In this document: piece by piece, positions 33,761 to 43,233 of the stretch | How the letters are laid out: each line of letters opens with the position of its first letter | Numbering within the stretch: position 1 is the first letter of the stretch | Assembly: GCA_945903545.1 (NCBI GenBank) | Contig: CAMDOO010000005.1 | Coordinates: forward strand, 5,915 to 69,914 | Direction: 5' to 3' | DNA: 64,000 nt | Source of the DNA: Opitutus sp. GAS368 | Lineage (GTDB): Bacteria; Verrucomicrobiota; Verrucomicrobiia; Opitutales; Opitutaceae | Program-made: the position numbers and the translations under genes | Notes under the pieces: generated by a model | The model's database searches: none | Seen by the model: the letters and a program-made list of their open reading frames with translations, nothing else | Told to the model about the DNA's origin: nothing

Positions 33761-35299
33761 CTACGGCTGCCTCCACGCGCGCTGGTCGCGGGCCAGCAGG
33801 GCATCGGCCCCGGTCGGGCCCCAGGAGCCGGCGGCGTACGACTGCATGCCCTCGCGCCCGGCGGCCTCCCAGACCTCGAGCACCGGAGAGCACAGCTTCC
33901 ATGAAGCCTCGGTTTCGTCGCCGCGGATGAACAGAGTGCCATCACCGATCATCGCGTCGAGGACGAGGCGCTCGTAGGCCTCGGCGGTGTTGGAGCCGAA
34001 GGTCGTGCGGTAGCGGAAACTCATCTTCACCGGCTGGGTGCGCGTCTCCAGGCCGGGGATCTTGGTGTTGACCACGAGGTGCATGCCCTCGTCGGGCTGG
34101 ATCTGGAAGGCGAGGGTGTTGGCCGAGAGGTCGAACTTGTCGCCCTCGGCGAAGAGCGTGCCGGGCGGGCGGCGGAACGTGACGGCAATCTCCGAGACCC
34201 GGCGCGCGAGGCGCTTGCCGGAGCGCAGGTAGAAAGGCACGCCCTGCCAGCGCCAGTTGTTGATCGAGAGGCGGAGCGCGGCGTAGGTCTCGGTGGCCGA
34301 CTCCGGATTGATGCCTTCCTCGGCAAGGTAGCCCGGCACCTGCTTGCCCGCGACCATCCCCGCCCCGTACTGGGCGCGGGCCACATCGCCCGACGGGCCG
34401 AGGTTCAGGGGCTGGATGGCCCGCAGCAGCTTCACCTTCTCGTCACGGATCGCCTCGGCCTCGAGCGAGACCGGCGGCTCCATCGCGGTGAGGGCCACCA
34501 GCTGCATGGTGTGGTTCTGGATCATGTCGCGCAGACAGCCGCTTTGCTCGTAGTAGCCGCCGCGGGTGCCGACGCCGACCTCCTCCGCGACGGTGATCTG
34601 CACGGAGGAGATGAAATTGCGGTTCCACAGCGGCTCGAAGATCGAGTTGGCGAAGCGCTGGACGAGCAAGTCCTGCACGGTTTCCTTCCCGAGGTAATGG
34701 TCGATGCGGAAGACCTGCGGCTCGGCGAAGACGGACTGGATCGTGGCGTTGAGCGCGCGTGCCGAGTCGAGGTCGCGGCCGAAGGGCTTCTCGATGATCA
34801 CCTTCGCCTGGTGGGGCTGGCCGAGGTAGCGGGACGCCAGCCCGCTCGCGCCGAGGTTGCGGATGATCGGGGCGAAGACGGTCGGCGGGGTCGAGATGTA
34901 GAACAACGGCTGCACCGCACGGCCGAGCTGCTTCTCGATCGCGTCGAGGTGCGCCGCCAGCCGGGTGAAGGCCGCGGGCTCGTCGTAGCCGCCGGCGACG
35001 TATGAGGTGTGCGGGGCCAGGCGGTCCCAGACGTCCGTCTTCAGCTCGCGCCGGGAGAACTCCTTGATCGCGTCCGCCGCGAGCCCGCGGAACTCCTCGT
35101 CGGGGATCGCCTTGCGACCGAAGCCCACGAGGAAGAAGTCGGCCGGAAGCAGGTTGTCGTGCGCCAGGTTGTACACCGCCGGGATCAGCTTGCGGGCCGT
35201 GAGGTCGCCCGAGGCGCCGAAGATGACAACGACCGTCGGCGGAGCCCCGCGGTGTTTGCTGAGACCCTGCAGGAACGGATGACGGGCGGTGTCGGCCAT
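33761..35299 (-). CDS. zwf: glucose-6-phosphate 1-dehydrogenase
   Basis: ORF 33761..35365(-), start set to ATG 35299. 'VVVIFGASGDLTARKLIPAVYNL', 'RIDHYLGKE', and 'RDMIQNH'. Confidence 0.95.
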   Translation of the reverse strand: MADTARHPFLQGLSKHRGAPPTVVVIFGASGDLTARKLIPAVYNLAHDNLLPADFFLVGFGRKAIPDEEFRGLAADAIKEFSRRELKTDVWDRLAPHTSYVAGGYDEPAAFTRLAAHLDAIEKQLGRAVQPLFYISTPPTVFAPIIRNLGASGLASRYLGQPHQAKVIIEKPFGRDLDSARALNATIQSVFAEPQVFRIDHYLGKETVQDLLVQRFANSIFEPLWNRNFISSVQITVAEEVGVGTRGGYYEQSGCLRDMIQNHTMQLVALTAMEPPVSLEAEAIRDEKVKLLRAIQPLNLGPSGDVARAQYGAGMVAGKQVPGYLAEEGINPESATETYAALRLSINNWRWQGVPFYLRSGKRLARRVSEIAVTFRRPPGTLFAEGDKFDLSANTLAFQIQPDEGMHLVVNTKIPGLETRTQPVKMSFRYRTTFGSNTAEAYERLVLDAMIGDGTLFIRGDETEASWKLCSPVLEVWEAAGREGMQSYAAGSWGPTGADALLARDQRAWRQP

Positions 35300-35451
35300 A
35301 CGGGGGCGAATGTCTGGTTCGCCCCCCATGACAGGCAAGGGAAATGGCGGGCCGCACCGCGTCATCGGCTGAATATAAAACCGGCTCGCGGCCGGACGTA
35401 TTGCTCCTCACGGCGGCGGCCGGGGTCCCGCCCGATCAAGCCGCCACCTCA

Positions 35452-35871
35452 TCACGCCCACCACCCGGGGCCCAGAAGCGGGATGTTTTCAAAGTGGAGG
35501 ACCACGGGCTTCCCGCCGCGCGCCAATGGCAGCGTCACCTCGACGACATCAAAGCGCACGGTGCGGGGCTTTTCGCGCAAGACCGCCACGTAGGCCTTGA
35601 TCGCGCGCCGCAGCGCGGCCTGCTTGCGGCGGTTCACCGCGTAGTAGCCTGGGACCCGCGCGTGCGGGGACCGGGCCTTGACCTCGACAAAGACCAGGAC
35701 CTCGCGGTCGCGCATCACGAGGTCCAGCTCCTCGCGCAGGTCCCGCGGATTCCTCCAGTTGCGGGCCACCAGACACCAGCCGGGCTTCGCACAGAGGAAG
35801 CGCCGCGCCATCCGCTCGCCCTCGTCGCCGCGCGAAAGCGCGGACACGATCGTACGTATTCGCTCGAACAT
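35452..35871 (-). CDS. YraN-family (UPF0102) endonuclease-like protein
   Basis: ORF 35452..35937(-), start set to ATG 35871. 'GERMARRFL..GWCLVARNWR...ELDLVMRDREVLVFVEVKARS'. Confidence 0.8.
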   Translation of the reverse strand: MFERIRTIVSALSRGDEGERMARRFLCAKPGWCLVARNWRNPRDLREELDLVMRDREVLVFVEVKARSPHARVPGYYAVNRRKQAALRRAIKAYVAVLREKPRTVRFDVVEVTLPLARGGKPVVLHFENIPLLGPGWWA

Positions 35872-35945
35872 CGGGGAAGATCCCCGGCACGTGATTCTCA
35901 TTGCCGACGCTTGCGGCGGATGACAATCCAAGATCACGTTTCCCC

Positions 35946-38126
35946 ATGGCCGCGCCCAACATCGCCAGCACCCTCCGCCGCTCGCTCCTGATCAAGGTGA
36001 TCTCGAAGCCGGCGCCGAGCCGGGAGGAAGTCAACTCCGTCATTGAGCTCACCGCCTCCAAGGTCGTCGAGGCCCTGCAGGCGCAGTCGATGACATTCTA
36101 CCTCGTCGAGGGCAACGACATCACCTTCCGGCAGGTCTATTACTCCCCGACCCTCTGGGCCAAGGATCCCGCGCTGGAAAAAAAGCTGCAGGAAACCTCC
36201 ACCAAGCTGCTCGCCCTCCGGCTACCCCTCGGCACCGGCGTCGTCGGCAAGGTCATCGCCAGCGGCGAGCACGTTTTCTTCCGCAACAGCGACAGCCAGG
36301 CTCCGTTCATGGCCGGCATGGCCAAGAGCACGGGCTTCGAGGTCCGCTCGATGCTGACCGTACCGCTCAAGACCAACATCGTCATCGGCGCCATCCAGGT
36401 GCTGAACAAGGAGGAGAGCGCCGGCACCGACGGCGAGTTCACCGAGAAGGACCTCACCCTCCTCCAGGAGGTCGCCGAGTACTCCTCCACCCTGATGCAG
36501 CGCATGCTGGACCCGAAGTTCCAGCTCAGCGCCGAGGATACCGCCAAGTTCGTCGCCAAGCTCACCGACCTCCCCCTCGTCACCAAGCCCGAGGAGATCG
36601 AGTGCGACGAGAAGCTGATCGAGACCGTCGGCGACGCCATCATCCGCCGCGAGGGCATCTTCCCGTATAAGATCGAGGGCAACCTGGTCCACGTCCTCAT
36701 GGCCAACCCGCTCGACTACGGGAAGCGCGAAGCCTTCCAGCAGTCCACCGAGTACATCATCGACGAGGTCAAGGTCGCCCCGGCCACCCTGATCGAGCTC
36801 CTGATCAAGAAATTCTTCAAGGACGCCAAGGCCGCGGCCGGCGAGGGCGATGTCGATATCTCCTCGATCACCGACGTCATCAGCAGCGCCTACAGCACCG
36901 AGGGCGGCGCCGAATTGACCGCGGCCGACCTCGAGAGCGAGGATTCCGCGCCGATCATCCAGCTGGTCAACCGCATCATCGAGGACGCCTACATCTGCGG
37001 CGCGTCCGACATCCACATCGAGCCGATGGAGAAGGACCTGCTCGTCCGGTACCGGGTCGACGGTCTCTGCCAGGAGAAGCTGCGCCTGCCCAAGCAGGTC
37101 ACGCAATCCATGATCTCGCGCCTGAAGATCATGTGCAACCTGGACATCTCCGAGCGCCGCCTGCCGCAGGACGGACGCATCGTGTTCAAGAAGTACACGA
37201 AGAAGAACATGGACATCGATCTGCGCGTCGCCACCGGGCCGATGAAGGATGGCGAGAAGGTGGTCATGCGTATCCTGGACAAGTCCAAGTCCACCCTGCC
37301 CCTGCCCGCCTTGGGCTTTTCCGATGATAATCTCGCCAGGTACCGCGAGTGCATCCGCCAGCCGTACGGCATGATCCTGCACTGCGGGCCGACCGGGTCG
37401 GGCAAGTCGATGACGCTCTACTCCGCGCTCGGCGAGGTGAACACTCCCGACGTCAACATCCAGACCGCCGAGGACCCCATCGAGTACACCCTCGCCGGCA
37501 TCAACCAGATGCAGATGAACCGGCAGATCGGCCTCACCTTCGAGCGCGCGCTGCGGTGCTACCTCCGGATGGACCCCGACATCATCCTCGTAGGAGAGAT
37601 CCGCGACAAGGAAACCGCCCAGATCGCCGTCGAGGCCGCGCTCACCGGCCATTTGCTCGTCTCCACCCTCCACACCAACGACGCGCCCTCGACCGTCTCG
37701 CGGATCGGGGAAATGGGGGTGGAGTGCTTCAACATTTCCGCCTCCCTCGTCTGTGTCTGCGCCCAGCGTCTCCTCCGCCGCGTTTGCAAGAACTGCAAGC
37801 AGCCCTATGAGCCCAAGGGCCGCGAAGTGGAACTGATGGAAAAGGCCATCGGCTGGAGCGGGCAGGTCTTCAAGGCCAACCCCCAGGGCTGCCCGACCTG
37901 CAGCGGCCTCGGCTACAAGGGGCGCGTCGGCATCCACGAGCTGATGACCAACAGCGAGGAGCTCACCGAGGGCATCAACAAGGAGGTCGAGGTCGCCCAG
38001 CTGAAGCGCATCGCGATGAAGAACGGCATGAAGACCCTGCACCAGGACAGCATGCTCAAGGTCAAGATGGGCCTCACCACGATCGAGGAGGCGCTCTCGA
38101 ACGTCCCCCCGGACCTGATCCTGTAA
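35946..38126 (+). CDS. GAF-domain-fused GspE/PilB-family secretion ATPase
   Basis: ATG 35946. An N-terminal GAF-like domain of about 170 aa ('..[44 protein letters not shown]'), then T2SSE_N. Walker A '[10 protein letters not shown]', 'AEDPIEY', Walker B '[12 protein letters not shown]', '[14 protein letters not shown]'. Tetracysteine '[16 protein letters not shown]'. Confidence 0.9.
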   Translation: MAAPNIASTLRRSLLIKVISKPAPSREEVNSVIELTASKVVEALQAQSMTFYLVEGNDITFRQVYYSPTLWAKDPALEKKLQETSTKLLALRLPLGTGVVGKVIASGEHVFFRNSDSQAPFMAGMAKSTGFEVRSMLTVPLKTNIVIGAIQVLNKEESAGTDGEFTEKDLTLLQEVAEYSSTLMQRMLDPKFQLSAEDTAKFVAKLTDLPLVTKPEEIECDEKLIETVGDAIIRREGIFPYKIEGNLVHVLMANPLDYGKREAFQQSTEYIIDEVKVAPATLIELLIKKFFKDAKAAAGEGDVDISSITDVISSAYSTEGGAELTAADLESEDSAPIIQLVNRIIEDAYICGASDIHIEPMEKDLLVRYRVDGLCQEKLRLPKQVTQSMISRLKIMCNLDISERRLPQDGRIVFKKYTKKNMDIDLRVATGPMKDGEKVVMRILDKSKSTLPLPALGFSDDNLARYRECIRQPYGMILHCGPTGSGKSMTLYSALGEVNTPDVNIQTAEDPIEYTLAGINQMQMNRQIGLTFERALRCYLRMDPDIILVGEIRDKETAQIAVEAALTGHLLVSTLHTNDAPSTVSRIGEMGVECFNISASLVCVCAQRLLRRVCKNCKQPYEPKGREVELMEKAIGWSGQVFKANPQGCPTCSGLGYKGRVGIHELMTNSEELTEGINKEVEVAQLKRIAMKNGMKTLHQDSMLKVKMGLTTIEEALSNVPPDLIL

Positions 38127-38133
38127 GGGCCAC

Positions 38134-38208
38134 TGTAGCCCGGGTAGACCTCTGCCCGGAGATCGTCCTGATCGTCCGAATCCGCCGGCAGGGTCTGCCG
38201 GTGCTACA
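38134..38208. repeat. two-module REP, rearranged copy of 31606..31672
   Basis: TGTAGCCCGGGTAGACCTCTGCCCGG ... CCGGCAGGGTCTGCCGGTGCTACA. Confidence 0.75.
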
Positions 38209-38287
38209 TCCGAACCATGCAATTCCTGCGGTGACTTCCGCCCGCGCGACGTTGCACTTCGCGGCACTACGACTTTCTTTCCCCGCG

Positions 38288-38854
38288 ATGACGTTCGCGC
38301 CCCACCGCCTGCTCCTTGCCGCCTTTTTTGCCGCCGCGGTCGGCGGCGCGGCCGCGGCGGAAGCCCGGAAGGAGCCGGGACCCCCGCCCGCCGCGACCCA
38401 GCCAGCCAAGCCCGTTCCCCCCACCACCACCATCCCCGTCCCTCCCGTCGGCGAGGTGAAGCCTCCGCCCGAGGGCTGCCTTTCCCTCGTTTTTATCGCC
38501 TCGGGCGACGACCGGCGCGCCCTCCGCAACACGCGCGGGCGCATCGCCGACGTCCTCGCCGCCAACGGCCGCAAGGAACCCGTCCTCGCCCGGATCAGCC
38601 GGAATGAAATCGAGGAACTCGTTCCCCGCATCGCCGAGATCATCGCCGGCAACGACCCCGAGCCGATCTCCCACATCCCCTCCTATTTCGCCCTGGGACA
38701 CATCCCCGGCCCGCCCGCCTGGGAATACCTCCAACGCTGGCTCCGGCCTGACGACGAGTTCTGGACCTATGGCGATGGGGAAACCGGACTGCTGGTGATT
38801 CGCGACAACCACCTGCTGTGCCTGATGCACATCAAGGTACCGTTCGAGGACTGA
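38288..38854 (+). CDS. hypothetical secreted protein (Pro-rich linker plus globular C-terminal domain)
   Basis: ATG 38288. Signal peptide 'MTFAPHRLLLAAFFAAAVGGAAAAEA'. No family recognised. Confidence 0.45.
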   Translation: MTFAPHRLLLAAFFAAAVGGAAAAEARKEPGPPPAATQPAKPVPPTTTIPVPPVGEVKPPPEGCLSLVFIASGDDRRALRNTRGRIADVLAANGRKEPVLARISRNEIEELVPRIAEIIAGNDPEPISHIPSYFALGHIPGPPAWEYLQRWLRPDDEFWTYGDGETGLLVIRDNHLLCLMHIKVPFED

Positions 38855-38998
38855 TCCGGCACCGCCCCGCGTACTACGGCTCCGAGATTTCCGGATTGCC
38901 GCCAACCCCGGGCCGGGCGTACGAACACTGCCGTATCGACGCCCTCCCGGCATGTCCCCCGCCGGATGGCTTGCCCTTAACTCCAGCCCCAACCCAAC

Positions 38999-40147
38999 AT
39001 GATTAATCCGTTCCCCCTCACCCGTCGCGCCGGTCTTTTCGCTGCGATGGTTGCCGCCAGCACCCTTGTCGCCCAGCAACCGGCCCCGGCCGGCCGCGGC
39101 GGCGCCCCCGCCCTGAATCCGGCTCAGACCGCCGCGCTGACCGCGGCCGTCGTCCCACCCGCCCTGAGCCAGACCGCCACCGCCGCGGCCACAGACCTCA
39201 CCGGCGCGAGCCTCGCGCTGCCCGCCAACGCCGGTGATCTCACCGCCAAGGCCACTGCCCTCGGCGCCGCCGAGCTCGCCCTCGCGCTCGCCCGCGCCGA
39301 TGAACTCGCCAAGGTCCAAGCCCTGCTCAAGCCAATCACCCCCGCACAAGCGACGACCGCCCTCGGTCGCGCCGGCGGTGGTGGTCGCGGTGGCGCCCCC
39401 GTCGTAGCGGACACCACCGATGGCTACGTTTCCCTCTTCGACGGCAAGACGCTCACCGGCTGGGATGGCGATCCGCGGCACTGGAGCGTTCGGGACGGCA
39501 TTATTGTCGCCAGCAGCTTGGTGAACCCAATCATCAACGGGAATACCTTCCTCATCTGGAAGGGCGGCAACGTGAAAGATTTCGATCTCAAGGTCGATTA
39601 CCGCTTTGTCGGAACGGGCAACAGCGGCGTGCAGGTCCGCAGTCGCATGGCGAATCCGGAAACCCGCCCTTGGGGCATCTCCGGCCTGCAGCTCGACATG
39701 GTCACCGCGGGCGGCACCGGATCCGGCGTCTTCTACGGAGAAGGCGGCGGCACTAGCGCGCTGCAGAATCAGGGCCAGGCGATCCACGCTACGCCGGAAG
39801 GCAACAGGCAGATCGGAACGATGGGCTCCGGGGTGGCCGACACCTTCAAGCCGGGTCCAGCGGACGCCACCGCTCCTGCCGGCGAGTGGAACACCTACCA
39901 CATCATCGCCCGGCAAAATGTGGTCGCCGCCTTTGTCAACGGTCGCATGGTGGCCTTCTTGGTGGACGACAATCGCTCGGCTCCGACCTTCCAGCCCGAG
40001 GGTCTTCTCGCCCTGCAGATGCACACGGGCCAGCCCTTCGAGGTTCAGTTTCGCAACGTTTACCTCCGGGCAATCACCCCGGAACTGCTGACGCCGCTCC
40101 CGGCTCCGGCCAGTGCAGCCGGTCGCGGTGGCCGCGGCGGCCCGTAA
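38999..40147 (+). CDS. DUF1080 (3-keto-disaccharide hydrolase-like, LamG-fold) domain protein
   Basis: 382 aa. Signal peptide and an Ala-rich N-terminal region, then 'GYVSLFDGKTLTGWDGDPRHWSVRDGIIVA..FLIWKGGNVKDFDLKVDYR..NSGVQVRS..EWNTYHIIARQN..LALQMHTGQPFEVQFRNVYLR'. Confidence 0.8.
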   Translation: MINPFPLTRRAGLFAAMVAASTLVAQQPAPAGRGGAPALNPAQTAALTAAVVPPALSQTATAAATDLTGASLALPANAGDLTAKATALGAAELALALARADELAKVQALLKPITPAQATTALGRAGGGGRGGAPVVADTTDGYVSLFDGKTLTGWDGDPRHWSVRDGIIVASSLVNPIINGNTFLIWKGGNVKDFDLKVDYRFVGTGNSGVQVRSRMANPETRPWGISGLQLDMVTAGGTGSGVFYGEGGGTSALQNQGQAIHATPEGNRQIGTMGSGVADTFKPGPADATAPAGEWNTYHIIARQNVVAAFVNGRMVAFLVDDNRSAPTFQPEGLLALQMHTGQPFEVQFRNVYLRAITPELLTPLPAPASAAGRGGRGGP

Positions 40148-40174
40148 TTCCGGACTGAATCAGTCCTCTTCCCC

Positions 40175-40205
40175 AGCGGGAGCCGGCAACGGCTCCCGCT
40201 TTTTT
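40175..40205 (+). terminator. Rho-independent terminator after the DUF1080 gene
   Basis: AGCGGGAGCC-GGCAAC-GGCTCCCGCT stem-loop followed by a T-run, then GTGCCCGG. Confidence 0.8.
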
Positions 40206-40356
40206 GTGCCCGGCTCAGAGTGTGGTCCGGGTGCCCCCACCCGGAATTCGCCTCACCGCGCCACACCCGGAATGCAATCCCGCTGCTCGTTGACCAGCGA
40301 GCCGGGCGATTCCCGCTCCGATTCCGAAAAACCACCACGACCCAGACTGCCCCGGG

Positions 40357-40424
40357 TAGGGCGGGACGGGTTCGGCCCGCCGGATCGAGACGCGGTCACG
40401 GCGCGCCGAACCCGTCGCGCCCTA
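40357..40424. repeat. TAGGGCG...CGCCCTA REP-like hairpin immediately after menD
   Basis: 20-nt arms TAGGGCGGGACGGGTTCGGC / GCCGAACCCGTCGCGCCCTA (19/20 complementary). Confidence 0.85.
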
Positions 40425-40427
40425 TCC

Positions 40428-42161
40428 TCAAAGCCCCGCTGCCACCGCCGCGAACATCGCCTTGCGGCTCGCCGCGTCGCGCGTCCGGTCTGTCCGGATC
40501 TCGAGGACCCGGATTCCCCGGGCGGGCAGGCGCGAAACCAGGCGCGTGAATTGCCCCCAGCTCCGCACCACCGTGTGCGCCACGCCGTGCGCGGCGCAGA
40601 GTTTGCCGAAGTCCGCCTCCTGCGGCGTAGCAAAGAACTCCTCGAACACCCCGGCGAACTGCGCCACCGGCAGGTGCCCGAAGATCCCGCCGCCGTGATT
40701 ATTGATCAGCACGATCGTCAGGCTCCCGCGGAACTTCGGCCGCAGCAGGAGGCCGTTGCTGTCGTGCAGGAACGCCAGGTCGCCCGTCAGCAGCACCGTC
40801 GCATGTCCGCCGTGGGCCACGCCCAGCGCGGACGAGAGCGTCCCGTCGATCCCGTTGGCCCCGCGGTTGTAGTACGGGATGATGCCGCGGTCGTTCGCGG
40901 GCCAGAAATACTCGGCGTCGCGCACCGGCATGCTGCTGGCTAGGAACACCGGTGTCCCCGGCGGCAAATGCTGCGCCAGCCGCCAGGCGGCACCTGGTTC
41001 GAAGAGACTGGCCTTGCGTCGCAGGGCCGCTTCCAGCCGCCCGGCCGCCTGCTTTTCCGCCTGCATCCACGCCTGCCGGTATGAGCCGGCGGGGGCGGGC
41101 GGCAGGAGCGACTTCACCGCCTGCCAGAGATGCCCGCGCACCGGCGTGGTGGCCAGGCGGAGCGCATCGCGATTGTGCGCGGAGGTGGCAACTAGCCAGA
41201 CCTTGGGCCGGTGCTCCTCCAGCCAGGCCCGCAGCACCTTGCTGGTCGGCCAGCCGCCCAGGCAGAGCACGGCATCGGGCGCCAGCTTCCGGGCCAGGCG
41301 GGGCTGACGTAGCACGGTGTCGTAGTGGGCCACCAGGTTGGGCACCTGCCCGGCCAGGCCGCGCAGACCCGACAACGCATCGGCCAAGACTGGCCAGCCA
41401 TGTTTCTGCGCGGTCGCCGCCAGCACCCCGATGTCCACCGGCGAGATTCCATCGTCCGGCCCCGCTATCACCACGATGCGCCGTCCGACCGGCAGACGGG
41501 ACAAGTCACCCTGCGCGGCGTCCGCCAAGACCGAGCATTCCAAGCCGGCAAAAAAGGCCTCGCCCTTCAGCCGGCCGCGCACGGCCCGGGTGCTGCCATC
41601 CGCGATCGGCGGCAACGGATCGCGAAACGGCAGGTTGAGATGCACCGGCCCGCGCCCGGGTCGGCGGGTGCGGTTCACCGCGCGGACGACCGCCTGCCGC
41701 AGCGCCCGCAGCGCCGGCAGGGTCGCCTGCGGCACCGCCAGCTCCTGGAAAAGGTTCACGTGCGTGCCGTACAGCTTCCGTTGGTCGATGGTCTGCGGGG
41801 AGCTGCAGCCCCGCAACTCCGGCGGGCGGTCCGCCGTGAGCACGACGAGGGGCACCCCGCTGTGCCAGGCCTCGATCACCGCGGGCAGGAAATTCGCCGT
41901 GGCCGTGCCCGAGGTGCAGACCAGCGCGACCGGCCGCCCGGACTGCTTCGCCAGCCCGAGGGCAAAAAACGCCGCCGAGCGCTCATCGAGGACCGGGATT
42001 GCCTCGATGCCCGGATGACCCGCGAACGCAAAGGCCAGCGGCGCGGAACGCGAACCCGGCGCCACCACCGCCTGCCGCACCCCGAGCCGGAACAGGGTCT
42101 CAACCAGCACACTCCCCCAGAGGGAATTCGTGTTGCGGAAATCGAGCGTGGGGCCGGCCAT
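40428..42161 (-). CDS. menD: 2-succinyl-5-enolpyruvyl-6-hydroxy-3-cyclohexene-1-carboxylate synthase
   Basis: ORF 40428..42224(-), start set to ATG 42161 (the upstream codons fall in a heptad repeat). 'NSLWGSVLVETLFRLGV..VVAPGSRSAPLA..DERSAAFFALGLAK..CTSGTATANFLPAVIEA..LTADRPPELR'. Confidence 0.9.
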   Translation of the reverse strand: MAGPTLDFRNTNSLWGSVLVETLFRLGVRQAVVAPGSRSAPLAFAFAGHPGIEAIPVLDERSAAFFALGLAKQSGRPVALVCTSGTATANFLPAVIEAWHSGVPLVVLTADRPPELRGCSSPQTIDQRKLYGTHVNLFQELAVPQATLPALRALRQAVVRAVNRTRRPGRGPVHLNLPFRDPLPPIADGSTRAVRGRLKGEAFFAGLECSVLADAAQGDLSRLPVGRRIVVIAGPDDGISPVDIGVLAATAQKHGWPVLADALSGLRGLAGQVPNLVAHYDTVLRQPRLARKLAPDAVLCLGGWPTSKVLRAWLEEHRPKVWLVATSAHNRDALRLATTPVRGHLWQAVKSLLPPAPAGSYRQAWMQAEKQAAGRLEAALRRKASLFEPGAAWRLAQHLPPGTPVFLASSMPVRDAEYFWPANDRGIIPYYNRGANGIDGTLSSALGVAHGGHATVLLTGDLAFLHDSNGLLLRPKFRGSLTIVLINNHGGGIFGHLPVAQFAGVFEEFFATPQEADFGKLCAAHGVAHTVVRSWGQFTRLVSRLPARGIRVLEIRTDRTRDAASRKAMFAAVAAGL

Positions 42162-42170
42162 GGATCTGTC

Positions 42171-42304
42171 GGAAGTGAGGGTGAAAGAGGAAAGTGGGTG
42201 AGAAGGAAAAGGTGAAAGTGTCACAGCGGGCGGTCGAGTTGATTTGGCTCCAAAGCCACTTTCACGTCACACCCTCCACTCACTTTCACTTTCACTCTCA
42301 CTCC
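42171..42304. repeat. purine-rich (GTGAAAG-like) heptad hairpin in the menD / GT2 divergent spacer
   Basis: GGAAGTGAGGGTGAAAGAGGAAAGTGGGTGAGAAGGAAAAGGTGAAAGTG ... CCACTTTCACGTCACACCCTCCACTCACTTTCACTTTCACTCTCACTCC. Confidence 0.6.
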
Positions 42305-42326
42305 GCCCCCTGTAAGAACCTCCCCG

Positions 42327-43055
42327 ATGCCCGACTCGCCCCTCATCAGCGTCATTGTCGTCTGCCGGAATCCCGGCGAGCGCCTCCGCGCGGCGCTGGC
42401 GAGCGTCTGGTCCCAGCAGCCCGTGCCGCCCGAGCTCATCGTCGTCGACGGCGCCTCGACCGACGGCACCCGCGAATGGCTGGCGGCCAACCGCGACCGC
42501 CTCTCCACCCTCATCGCCGAGCCCGATCGCGGGGTGTACGACGCGATGAACAAGGGCCTCGCCGCGGCCCGCGGTGACTGGATCCTGTTTCTCGGTGCCG
42601 ATGACCTGCTCGCCGGCGACCGCGTGCTAACCGAGGCCGCGCACTGGCTCGGAAAAACGTCGGCGGGCGTGGCCGCCGGCGAGGCCGCCTACGCCGACGG
42701 ACGCCTCTATGCGCTGCCCGTCAAGCCGCGCGTGCGCGCCCGGAATTTCGTCCACCACCAAGCCGCCTTCTACCGGCGGAGCCTGTTCGCCGAGAACGGC
42801 GGCTTCGACGCCTCCCTCGCGATCATGGGTGACTACGACCTCAACCTCCGTCTCTGGCGGAACCGCGTCGCCTTCCGTCCCCTCCCCCTGCGCCTCGCCA
42901 CCTGCGGCACCGGCGGGCTCAGCGATGCCGGCCGCTGGGCGGGCTACGCCGAGGAAATCCGCGTCCGCCACCGCCACTTCCCCGCTTGGAAATGCTGGGG
43001 CTGGGACCTGCTTTCCATCGCCCGCTGGCTGCGGAAACGAATCGTCCGAAGGTAG
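42327..43055 (+). CDS. family-2 glycosyltransferase
   Basis: 242 aa. 'ISVIVVCRNPGERLRAALASV..LIVVDGASTDGT..VYDAMNKG..WILFLGADD'. Confidence 0.85.
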   Translation: MPDSPLISVIVVCRNPGERLRAALASVWSQQPVPPELIVVDGASTDGTREWLAANRDRLSTLIAEPDRGVYDAMNKGLAAARGDWILFLGADDLLAGDRVLTEAAHWLGKTSAGVAAGEAAYADGRLYALPVKPRVRARNFVHHQAAFYRRSLFAENGGFDASLAIMGDYDLNLRLWRNRVAFRPLPLRLATCGTGGLSDAGRWAGYAEEIRVRHRHFPAWKCWGWDLLSIARWLRKRIVRR

Positions 43056-43094
43056 GGCTGACCCGCTGGGTCGGCCGCGGTCATTCCGGATGTA

Positions 43095-43197
43095 TTTTTG
43101 CCACAGGCACAGAGCCACAGAGATCGGATGCCTTGGGGTTCGAATCCCAAAACAAAAACGAGGCTTGGCCTCTGTGTCTCTGTGCCTGTGGCAAAAA
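43095..43197. repeat. CACAGAG-type hairpin element (best copy)
   Basis: 28-nt arms TTTTTGCCACAGGCACAGAGCCACAGAG / CTCTGTGTCTCTGTGCCTGTGGCAAAAA (27/28 complementary) around a ~47-nt loop. Confidence 0.9.
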
Positions 43198-43233
43198 AAT
43201 GCCGTAGATTGCAGCCGAGACCTCGATGCGGCC

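Noticed and set aside
43131-43150. tRNA-like 'GGGGTTCGAATCCC' T-arm-looking string.
   Set aside because: It sits in the loop of the CACAGAG hairpin. No acceptor stem, D-arm or anticodon arm can be drawn around it. The homologous loop at 14090-14125 lacks the motif.
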